From NCBI GenBank assembly GCA_963699255.1, contig OY969425.1, forward strand, positions 840,001 to 872,000: a DNA stretch of 32,000 nt, in the 5' to 3' direction. This DNA is from an uncultured bacterium. GTDB taxonomy: Bacteria > Margulisbacteria > WOR-1 > CAVSGV01. This document shows, piece by piece, positions 1 to 7,489 of the stretch. The notes under the pieces were generated by a model. That model was not told where the DNA came from, ran no database searches, and saw nothing but the letters and a program-made list of their open reading frames with translations. Both the position numbers and the translations under genes were made by a program. The number at the start of each line of letters is the position of its first letter. The first letter of the stretch is position 1.

Positions 1-126
1 TACCAGAACAGGTTCGATCTTATGATGGCAGCTGCGACCGTCGCGACCATACCGGTCATGGTTTTATTCTTCATGCTCCAGAAATATATTATCAAGGGTT
101 TGACAGCCGGAGCAGTAAAAGGTTAA
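1..126 (+). CDS. C-terminal fragment of a carbohydrate ABC transporter permease (MalG-like); 5' end lies outside the window
   Basis: Frame 1 reads YQNRFDLMMAAATVATIPVMVLFFMLQKYIIKGLTAGAVKG and stops at TAA 124-126. This tail pattern (MMA..P...F..Q....G...G.KG) is typical of sugar ABC permeases. Confidence 0.7.
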   Translation, partial: YQNRFDLMMAAATVATIPVMVLFFMLQKYIIKGLTAGAVKG

Positions 127-130
127 TGAG

Positions 131-200
131 CTTACGGCTTACGGCACCGCCCTGCGGGCTACAGCTAACTGCTGTTAGCTGTAAGCCGTCAGCTGTAAGT
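131..200. repeat. Intergenic hairpin and short tandem-repeat cluster; possible terminator or REP-like element
   Basis: CTTACGG occurs twice in tandem (131-144) and AGCTGTAAG twice (177-199). There is a perfect hairpin ACAGCTAAC/tgct/GTTAGCTGT (161-182), and ACGGCTTAC (134-142) is complementary to GTAAGCCGT (181-189). No U-tract follows. Confidence 0.35.
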
Positions 201-225
201 TAAACAAGAAAGGGGTAAAATTGTT

Positions 226-1848
226 ATGAAGAGATTGTTTTGTGTTTTGATACTGCTATTTATGGGAGAGGCGTGCTTTGGGCTGTCAGCGCCCTCAGCA
301 ACATCGTCCGCTTCCATAACATCAACATCTGAAGATGGATGTTACATTGGATTGTTCAGAGAAGGCGCTCCGCAGAATATGGGTTATATTAAGAGCTTTG
401 AAAAGATGTTCGAGAAAAAGCCCGCAATGATAATGTGGTATGCGGATTTTAATTCCGATTTCCCATCAGAAGATTGTGAAAATGTCTATCGTTACGGCGC
501 GGTCCCGCAGATAGTATGGGAACCGTGGATCTGGGGAGATGAAGAAAAGATAAAGCTGGATAATATCATAAATGGAGAATGGGACAAACATATAGAAGAA
601 TGGGCATCGGACGCCGCGGCATATAAGAAAACCGTCTTTATCAGGTGGGGACATGAATTCAATATTGAAAAATATCCCTGGGGCATTGGCAACAACAACA
701 GGAGCGCGGAAAAATACGTAAAAGCATACCGGCACGTTCACGACATATTCAAGAAGGCGGGAGCAACGAACATTAAGTGGATATGGTGCTTTAATAATTA
801 TCCTAACCCGAACGAATACTGGAACAGCTGGGACCTGGCTTACCCGGGAGACGAATACATTGATTGGATCGGGATCGACGGCTACAACTGGGGAACAACG
901 CAAACGTGGAGCGGGTGGCAGTCATTTAAAGATATGTTCCGCGACCAGGTCAGGGAAGCTTCAAAAAAATATCCGACCAAGCCGCTCATGATAGCCGAAT
1001 TCGGGTCATGTGAGGACGGCGGTAGTAAGGCGAATTGGGTAAAAGACATACTCCCTACGCTGAAGATAAGCATGAACCAGGTCAAGGCGCTCGTCATGTT
1101 CGATACAAGAAAGGAATGCGACTGGAGGGTGAATTCATCCAAAAAGTCCCAGGATGCGTATCAATCCATTTTAAGCGACAGCTATTTTCTAAGCTCAGGC
1201 AAAGGCCTTATGAATCTTTCGGTCACAAAAAGCTTGCTGGCGGCGGGAGAAAACAGGTCCGCAGTTGCCAAAAAAACTTCGATCCCTGTGAAGATCGACG
1301 GGAATTTCAGGCCGTTTTCGGCCTGCACCCCCATTGTCATGGACAGCGACATCTTCCTTAAAGAAGGTTCTGACTGGAAAGGGCCAAAAGACCTTAGCGC
1401 GAGAATATATTTGCTGTGGGACAGCACATTTCTTTATATGTTCGCCAAGGTCACGGACAATCTGCCTCTCACTAACAGCAAAACGAACGGGGATATCTGG
1501 AACGGGGATGGCATAGAGGTAACTCTGCCCGGATACCAGATAGGTTTTGGAGCCGGCGACGGAAGCGCGAATAAGCCGTCCATATGGATATGGCAAAAAA
1601 GAAGGCCTTCCACCGGAGAGATCTTTGTGACAAAAACGAACAATCCGACCGGTTATGTGCTCGAAGCAAAAGTGCCATGGAAAGAGATCGGCTCTATCTC
1701 CCCAAAAACGGGCGGGAAGGTCGCTTTTGACATAGCGGTTGACGACGCGGATCAAACGTGGGAGAGAAAGCTACAATTCATATGGAGCGGGGATTATCTC
1801 TTTTATAAAGACCCGGATGTCTGGGGAGTTCTCCAATTTGAAGATTGA
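226..1848 (+). CDS. Secreted GH26-like endo-beta-mannanase with a C-terminal CBM9-like carbohydrate-binding module
   Basis: The ORF has a signal peptide (MKRLFCVLILLFMGEACFG) and an SD AAAGGGG upstream. GH26 hallmarks are present: WGHEFN (acid/base Glu), YPGDEYIDWIGIDGYN and MIAEFGS (nucleophile Glu). The C-terminal about 190 aa (KIDGNF...WDSTFLYMFAKVTDN...DGIEV...AFDIAVDDAD) resembles CBM9/DOMON-like modules. Confidence 0.75.
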   Translation: MKRLFCVLILLFMGEACFGLSAPSATSSASITSTSEDGCYIGLFREGAPQNMGYIKSFEKMFEKKPAMIMWYADFNSDFPSEDCENVYRYGAVPQIVWEPWIWGDEEKIKLDNIINGEWDKHIEEWASDAAAYKKTVFIRWGHEFNIEKYPWGIGNNNRSAEKYVKAYRHVHDIFKKAGATNIKWIWCFNNYPNPNEYWNSWDLAYPGDEYIDWIGIDGYNWGTTQTWSGWQSFKDMFRDQVREASKKYPTKPLMIAEFGSCEDGGSKANWVKDILPTLKISMNQVKALVMFDTRKECDWRVNSSKKSQDAYQSILSDSYFLSSGKGLMNLSVTKSLLAAGENRSAVAKKTSIPVKIDGNFRPFSACTPIVMDSDIFLKEGSDWKGPKDLSARIYLLWDSTFLYMFAKVTDNLPLTNSKTNGDIWNGDGIEVTLPGYQIGFGAGDGSANKPSIWIWQKRRPSTGEIFVTKTNNPTGYVLEAKVPWKEIGSISPKTGGKVAFDIAVDDADQTWERKLQFIWSGDYLFYKDPDVWGVLQFED

Positions 1849-1905
1849 CGAATCTCCTCGGGTATGGTAATATTCCCCTTACCCTTCAAAGGAGGCAATA
1901 GATAC

Positions 1906-2658
1906 ATGAAGAAACTTATGAGATCTACATCTTTCGGATTGGGCGTCTTATTGCTTGGCTTTCTGGTTTGCGGTTTTGGAGGACCAGCCCCGCAAGCAAA
2001 TCCCTCAAGTTCAGGCGGAAGCAGCGATAATTACGGCCTTTGCAACTGTAATTATGGCCCGAATGTCTATATGTTCGATGATTTCGAAGATGGCGATTAC
2101 ACATCAAGCCCCGAATGGTGGAAATTTGACAATATTGATCTAAAAGTCGTTGATAATTCCGATTATCAAAACGGCGACCAATCCTCCCTGAACGAGATCA
2201 AAAAATACTCCCTGAACATCAACGGCACCTGCAGCGACTGGTATTGTGGCGGCATGGGCACCTACACGGCGAGAAAAGGCGTTGATCTTTCAAGGTATAA
2301 TTACTTTCAGATGGACGTTTACGGCAACGGCGCGGGAAGCGGCACTATTAAGATCGAGCTGAATGATGACGATAACGGTAACTGGCAGATAGAACAGGAC
2401 CCGAAAAAAGGGTATGCGAACTTATATGACGATAAGTTTGTCTATAATATTATCGTTGACTGGAGAGGCTGGAAAAGGGTCTCCATTCCTATCGCCGATT
2501 TCGTCGATGAAAACCCCGGCGTCGGGGACGACATTTGGAACCCGGAACAAACGGGCGGCTCAGGCGGCCTGATACAGATGCAGCTGATATTTATCGGACC
2601 AAAAAAGTCGGGAAACGTAAGGTTCAACATCGACAACGTTTCGCTTGTAACAAAATAA
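1906..2658 (+). CDS. Secreted, possibly lipidated protein with a CBM11/CIA30-like beta-sandwich carbohydrate-binding domain
   Basis: I moved the start to ATG 1906, which has SD AAAGGAGG 10 nt upstream (the track start 1864 lacks an SD). The N-terminus MKKLMRSTSFGLGVLLLGFLVCG is signal-like with a Cys. FDDFEDGD...W, WRGWKRVSIPIADF and the terminal RFNIDNVSLV are typical of CBM11/CIA30-type modules. Confidence 0.6.
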   Translation: MKKLMRSTSFGLGVLLLGFLVCGFGGPAPQANPSSSGGSSDNYGLCNCNYGPNVYMFDDFEDGDYTSSPEWWKFDNIDLKVVDNSDYQNGDQSSLNEIKKYSLNINGTCSDWYCGGMGTYTARKGVDLSRYNYFQMDVYGNGAGSGTIKIELNDDDNGNWQIEQDPKKGYANLYDDKFVYNIIVDWRGWKRVSIPIADFVDENPGVGDDIWNPEQTGGSGGLIQMQLIFIGPKKSGNVRFNIDNVSLVTK

Positions 2659-2663
2659 ATTGA

Positions 2664-3695
2664 ATGCCATCTAAACCTTTAGATATTGCACTTGTTCTTT
2701 TGTTGTTAAGCGCGTCGTGTTTTGTTATGCCATCATATTCCGCTAACTTCTCCGACCGATTCGCTATTTCTCCTCCGGCGGGATGGGCAGGCGACGACAC
2801 TAACGGGACTCCGCGCACCATCACCGGGGTTCTCCCTTCTGATTTCAAGGAAGATAATGAGGTGGTTACGGGTTTTGGGAGTTATTCCAATAAGGTGATG
2901 TGCCGCGGACAAAACTTGCGCCAGTACCGGGTCAGCATACACCTTAACGGAGATCTTATATCGGGATCCAACATTATTCCGGCGTCGAGTTTGAGATATA
3001 TGCTTACTTACACGAACGGACTCGGAACTATTTCCAACTATCAAAAGTACATCAATTTTTCAACAGCCTGGAACACGGTCTATTTAAGCTTAAGCAATCC
3101 TATCACAATAGAATCACCATTCCCCGAAGATGCATCCGCAGATAGAGAGTTTCAGTTCAAGTACGCGATCCAGGTACCGAACAATCAGGCTCCCGGAACA
3201 TATACAGCTAACATAGAATATTTAGGAGAAGAGATCGGGGGGACAAGCGCTACACGGACAGCTCAAATTTCAGTCACTGTTGGGAACTATTTCCGCCTTT
3301 CCGTGGACAGGGGCACCATCGATTTTGAAAAGATGAAGCCGGGGGATGTAAAAGACAACATGCCGCCTGAAGGCGTTATCGTAACAAGCAACACAAACAC
3401 CGGAAATCCCTGGTACTTAAAGATATCCAATGACAGCCCGCTTAGTTCCGGTCCGTATGTGATCCCGGATTCAAATTTCTCTTGGTACGGTTGGACGGAT
3501 GGAGCAGGCACATGGTACGGCACAGGGAACAATCCGATAACATTCGTGCCCGAGCTTATGTACGCGAGCGGAGCAAATGAGGGTAACAACATGCCGAACG
3601 GCACGAACAATCATTTAAAGTTCAAGCTGGCTATCCCGAAGGGACAGCCGGGCGGCAAGTACCTATCAACAGTTACACTGACACTAACGGAGTAG
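2664..3695 (+). CDS. Secreted two-domain beta-sandwich surface protein; the C-terminal domain is WxL-like and paralogous to 3709-4329
   Basis: It has a signal peptide ending SYSA. The C-terminal domain carries IDFEKMKPG, GNPWYLKIS (a W-x-L motif), NFSWYG and the terminal PGGKYLSTVTLTLTE. The N-terminal domain ends with the same kind of strand (FQFKYAIQVPNNQAPGTYTANIEYL), which indicates an internal duplication. Confidence 0.6.
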   Translation: MPSKPLDIALVLLLLSASCFVMPSYSANFSDRFAISPPAGWAGDDTNGTPRTITGVLPSDFKEDNEVVTGFGSYSNKVMCRGQNLRQYRVSIHLNGDLISGSNIIPASSLRYMLTYTNGLGTISNYQKYINFSTAWNTVYLSLSNPITIESPFPEDASADREFQFKYAIQVPNNQAPGTYTANIEYLGEEIGGTSATRTAQISVTVGNYFRLSVDRGTIDFEKMKPGDVKDNMPPEGVIVTSNTNTGNPWYLKISNDSPLSSGPYVIPDSNFSWYGWTDGAGTWYGTGNNPITFVPELMYASGANEGNNMPNGTNNHLKFKLAIPKGQPGGKYLSTVTLTLTE

Positions 3696-3708
3696 GAAAA
3701 TTAAAAAT

Positions 3709-4329
3709 ATGCAACAAATGAATCTAAGTTTTTGGAACCTGCGAATGAACTTCCCTGCCCGTCCGGCAGGCGGGGCGGTTCCAAAATTGCGAGGAACCGA
3801 GACGTTTAGTCTCAGGTTCCGAGCTCTATTTGTCATTTGGATTTTGTCATTTGTCATTTTGTCCTCCCCTGCTTATTCCGCTCAAGCAACCAGTTCCATC
3901 ACTGTTACTGTTTTAGTTCAAGGCTCTTTTAACTTGATGGTGAACACCGACTCATTTGATTTCGCGCGTCTCGCGCCCGGGCAAACCGGAGAAATGAACA
4001 GGTCCGAAGGGGTGGCGGTTACAGGAACATCCAGCGGCGGAAATCCGTGGTACTTGAAGGTTTCAGCAGTAAAGCCTTTGACATCGGGAAGCAACTCTAT
4101 CCCGAATGAAAATTTCACCTGGTACGGCACAAGCGAAGGGACCGGCAGCTGGCATGGGACAGGAGAAAAAAGCTTTGCCGATCCCGACAACACGGCATAT
4201 GTAAGCTCAGCAGAAGAAGCGGACCAGATCAGCAAGGTCGTTAACAGGTTCAAGTTCAGGCTGCATACTCCCGAAGATACAAAACCCGGAAATTACACAA
4301 CGACCGTAATGTTCACGATGACGGAGTAA
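3709..4329 (+). CDS. Secreted single-domain WxL-like / pilin-like beta-sandwich protein, paralog of the C-terminal domain of 2664-3695
   Basis: FDFARLAPG, GNPWYLKVS, NFTWYG and the terminal PGNYTTTVMFTMTE align with the upstream gene. The signal-peptide core is RFRALFVIWILSFVILSSPAYSA. The start is uncertain: ATG 3709 has an SD, but ATG 3745 and TTG 3787 are in frame and would remove a strongly structured 5' segment. Confidence 0.6.
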   Translation: MQQMNLSFWNLRMNFPARPAGGAVPKLRGTETFSLRFRALFVIWILSFVILSSPAYSAQATSSITVTVLVQGSFNLMVNTDSFDFARLAPGQTGEMNRSEGVAVTGTSSGGNPWYLKVSAVKPLTSGSNSIPNENFTWYGTSEGTGSWHGTGEKSFADPDNTAYVSSAEEADQISKVVNRFKFRLHTPEDTKPGNYTTTVMFTMTE

Positions 4330-4332
4330 ACA

Positions 4333-5211
4333 ATGAAAACCACAAATCACAATAAACAATATACAAACAATATACAAATTCTAAGACACAACAATAAAAA
4401 CACATTCTTTTTGTTTATTCGGTCATTGTTTATTGTTTGTAATTTGTTGCTTGTAATTTGTATCTTTGGATTTACCTCCCCTGCCTTTGCCCTATCGATA
4501 AACATCGATCCGTCAAATATTAACGTATCTATAAAGCCCGGTGAAACAAAGGACGGCGAGATCCTTGTCCAGAACCTTGGGGAAGACAAAATAAAGATAA
4601 AAGCATACACTGAAGACTGGATCTATGCCTCTGACGGTAGCAAGGTTTTCATGAAACCGGGTTCTTCGGTATATTCTTGCTCCTCCTGGATCAAGCTGGA
4701 TCCGGAACAATTCGATCTGGGATCCAAAGAAGACAAAAAAGTAAAATACACCATCACTTCTCCAAGCAACGCTTCCGGAGGACATGTTTCCGTGATCTTT
4801 TTCGAGGCTGTCATAGATAAGTACGAAGGAATTGCCGTGTCTGGAAGGATAGGAACGATCGTTTACCAGGATACCGAAGGAGACATAAAGAGATCCGGAG
4901 AGATAAAGGCGCTTTCAGTCCTGACCTCTGAAGAAGGCAAACCGGTCGTTCTTCAAATTTCCTTTGAAAACAATGGGAATTCGTATATAGCAGCGAAGCC
5001 GGGCATAAAGATAATGGACGGCGGGAAAACCATTATTGAGTCACAGGCAATGAACATAAACACTCTTCCGGGAGACACGAAAATAAGCACCGTAACGATC
5101 AACAAGCCGTTATCAGAAGGCAATTATAAAGCACAGGTCGAGCTGAACTTTGACAACAAAACCCTCAAATCCCAATCAGATTTCACCATCAGAAAATCTA
5201 CCCAAAAATAG
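4333..5211 (+). CDS. Secreted two-domain Ig-like protein resembling DUF916/DUF3324 (CscA-type) proteins or PapD-like periplasmic chaperones
   Basis: The signal peptide ends SPAFA. Domain 1 is LSINIDPSNINVSIKPGETKDGEILVQNLGEDKIKIKAY...SSWIKLDPEQFDLGSKEDKKVKYTITSP...GGHVSVIFF. Domain 2 is VVLQISFENNGNSYI...LPGDTKISTVTINKPLSEGNYKAQVELNF. Both show the pattern of beta-sandwich surface or chaperone domains. Confidence 0.5.
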   Translation: MKTTNHNKQYTNNIQILRHNNKNTFFLFIRSLFIVCNLLLVICIFGFTSPAFALSINIDPSNINVSIKPGETKDGEILVQNLGEDKIKIKAYTEDWIYASDGSKVFMKPGSSVYSCSSWIKLDPEQFDLGSKEDKKVKYTITSPSNASGGHVSVIFFEAVIDKYEGIAVSGRIGTIVYQDTEGDIKRSGEIKALSVLTSEEGKPVVLQISFENNGNSYIAAKPGIKIMDGGKTIIESQAMNINTLPGDTKISTVTINKPLSEGNYKAQVELNFDNKTLKSQSDFTIRKSTQK

Positions 5212-5240
5212 AAATTTTCCACTGTTTTTGACGATAATAT

Positions 5241-5272
5241 AGTATAGGGGGGATGTGGCTATACTTTTTATT
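5241..5272 (+). terminator. Weak intrinsic terminator candidate after 4333-5211
   Basis: AGTATAG (5241-5247) pairs with CTATACT (5259-5265) across an 11-nt loop and is followed by TTTTTATT. The stem is short and AT-rich. Confidence 0.35.
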
Positions 5273-5358
5273 GTAGCAAAGCCAAATTTTTATTGTTTTA
5301 TTAATGAAAAACATACAAGAAACCGTCTCAACAACACGATAAAGAGTATAGAGGAATT

Positions 5359-6855
5359 ATGCGTAAAGTAATATATATACTTATAATATCTGCTTTTGTA
5401 CTGCTGCAGGCAAACGCTCTTGCATTCGGCGCAAGTCCTTTGACCCTCACGTATGCAGGCGGAACGGGTGCGGGCGCATCTGATTCGAAATTTGCAGAGA
5501 ACACCTGGGATTACAACTATCAATACCATGTTCTGGTCCTTTCCGGCGATGTCCCGCAGGGAAGCCTTTTCTCACAAATACAAGTGGAGGAAAGTGATTA
5601 TAAGACCGGACTGGCGTACGCTCGCATGAACCTTTACGGCAGCACATATACTATCGACCTCGGCGACAATGTTGTGAACTTCTCCGATCTCACATTGAAT
5701 AGTTTGGCATATGAGGGCGCGGGCGTGACCCTGAAACCTTCCGGCAACTTCAACATGACGGTGGTCGGCGGCGCGCGAGGCAACGGATTGTGGGGAGCCG
5801 ATGTCAGGAGAGACACTAGACCGCAGGAAAAATTTACGGGAGTAAAGACCGTCTTCAACCCTGTTGCGGGGCTGGGCCTTTCCGCCACATACCTGACGAC
5901 CCCGGGCGGGGATGATGTCCTGGCTTATGGAGGAGAATACGATTTTGAGGACCTTAAATTCGCCGCTGAGTACGGTTCCGCGATCGAAGGAAAAGCTTTC
6001 AGCGGCCAGATAAAATATCAGGACAACTGGCTGTCTCTCGGGACCATTTACAGGGATGTTGACCCGACCTATGTTATTCCGTTCGATTCCGCCACCTATA
6101 AGGGAATAAAAGGAACTTACTCTTCCGTAGGGATAAGGCCTTCGAACAATCTTTCAATAAATGTACAGAGTGACAGCTACATAGACAGACTGAACGGCTC
6201 CTCCGACGTCCCGATCCTGGACACGAGGGGGGACATGACCTACAATCTTGCGAGCGGAACGAACATTGGATATTCTGGCTGGAGGAATGACAGGGAATCC
6301 TACGACAGAGGCGGCATTACCGAAGGCGAGATGATGTACGTAACCCAGCAATTTTACCTTTTAACAAAGAACGCGATCTACTTCAGGAGCCAGCCGTCGT
6401 GGTTCCAGAGCTTTAATCCATCCGAGGAGTCTTATTCCGAAAATAAGAACATCGCGGGGCTCAACATATCGCTGTTCGACGCTATCCACCTTAACTATGA
6501 GATAGAGAACGCCGAAAAAATATTCAAAAACACCGATATTGAAGTCGATCCCTCGGCCGTATCCGCGAGGATGGACCTTTTTGAGAGCCAGATAATGGGG
6601 AGTCCGTTCTATATCGCGAGTTCGATCAATTACAGAAAAGACATCCCTGATAAAGATGTTTCGGAGGAAGCCACTTCCACTTCCGCCTATTCCGACGTGA
6701 CCATAAAATACAGCCCGGACCCCGACATGAGCTGTTTCATCACCGCCAAGGTCTTCGACATGAGCTCGCCTGATGCGGACAGGACCGCGAGGGAACAGAG
6801 AGATCTGAGCTTTGGCCTTAATTATACCTTCAGCACTAGCTTCTATATGAAATGA
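5359..6855 (+). CDS. Putative outer-membrane beta-barrel protein (498 aa) of unknown family
   Basis: It has SD GAGGA and a signal peptide (ILIISAFVLLQANALAFGA). Amphipathic beta-strands with Y/F/W-rich turns alternate throughout, and the protein ends LSFGLNYTFSTSFYMK, a beta-signal-like but non-canonical terminus. Confidence 0.55.
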   Translation: MRKVIYILIISAFVLLQANALAFGASPLTLTYAGGTGAGASDSKFAENTWDYNYQYHVLVLSGDVPQGSLFSQIQVEESDYKTGLAYARMNLYGSTYTIDLGDNVVNFSDLTLNSLAYEGAGVTLKPSGNFNMTVVGGARGNGLWGADVRRDTRPQEKFTGVKTVFNPVAGLGLSATYLTTPGGDDVLAYGGEYDFEDLKFAAEYGSAIEGKAFSGQIKYQDNWLSLGTIYRDVDPTYVIPFDSATYKGIKGTYSSVGIRPSNNLSINVQSDSYIDRLNGSSDVPILDTRGDMTYNLASGTNIGYSGWRNDRESYDRGGITEGEMMYVTQQFYLLTKNAIYFRSQPSWFQSFNPSEESYSENKNIAGLNISLFDAIHLNYEIENAEKIFKNTDIEVDPSAVSARMDLFESQIMGSPFYIASSINYRKDIPDKDVSEEATSTSAYSDVTIKYSPDPDMSCFITAKVFDMSSPDADRTAREQRDLSFGLNYTFSTSFYMK

Positions 6856-6870
6856 AACAAATAGGCACAA

Positions 6871-6899
6871 TTGACACATCCGCCTCAAGGTTTTAGAAT
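6871..6899 (+). promoter_or_regulatory. Sigma-70 promoter for pth-mfd
   Basis: TTGACA (6871-6876), a 17-nt spacer, then TAGAAT (6894-6899). SD GAGGTGA lies at 6906-6912. Confidence 0.65.
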
Positions 6900-6916
6900 G
6901 TTCCTGAGGTGAATTG

Positions 6917-7489
6917 ATGTATCTTGTCGTTGGCCTGGGCAATCCCGGAAAAGAATACGAATTAACGCGTCACAACATCGGCTTCAGGGTCATAGACCGG
7001 ATCTCTGCTGACCTGAAGATCAAAGTTTCAAAAGGCCAGTGCCTGGCTATAACAGGTCAGGGAGATGCCGCCGGCCATAAATTGATCCTCGCAAAGCCGC
7101 AAACTTTTATGAACTTGAGCGGTGACAGCGTTTCAGAGCTCGTTAGATGGTTCAAGATCGAAAGAGGTCATTTGATGGTCATATATGACGACCTTGACCT
7201 GGATACCGGAACTCTAAGGATAAGGCCGAAAGGAAATTCAGGCGGACATAAAGGCGTTGAATCGATAATCAACAGGCTGGGGACAACGGAATTCACAAGA
7301 ATAAGGCTAGGCATAGGCAGGCCGGACAGAACGCCTCTTAAAGAAGACAGTTCCGGTTATGTATTATCCCGTATCCCCAGGGAAGAACAGGAAGCTATCG
7401 ATCAAGCCATCCTATCGGCTGCCGAAGCTGTTCCTTTGATCTTGAAGGAAGGTCTTGAAGCAGCGATGAATAAATATAATATACAGTGA
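6917..7489 (+). CDS. pth: Peptidyl-tRNA hydrolase
   Basis: MYLVVGLGNPGKEYELTRHNIGF is the canonical Pth N-terminus. I chose ATG 6917 over the track's TTG 6914 on SD spacing. Confidence 0.95.
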   Translation: MYLVVGLGNPGKEYELTRHNIGFRVIDRISADLKIKVSKGQCLAITGQGDAAGHKLILAKPQTFMNLSGDSVSELVRWFKIERGHLMVIYDDLDLDTGTLRIRPKGNSGGHKGVESIINRLGTTEFTRIRLGIGRPDRTPLKEDSSGYVLSRIPREEQEAIDQAILSAAEAVPLILKEGLEAAMNKYNIQ

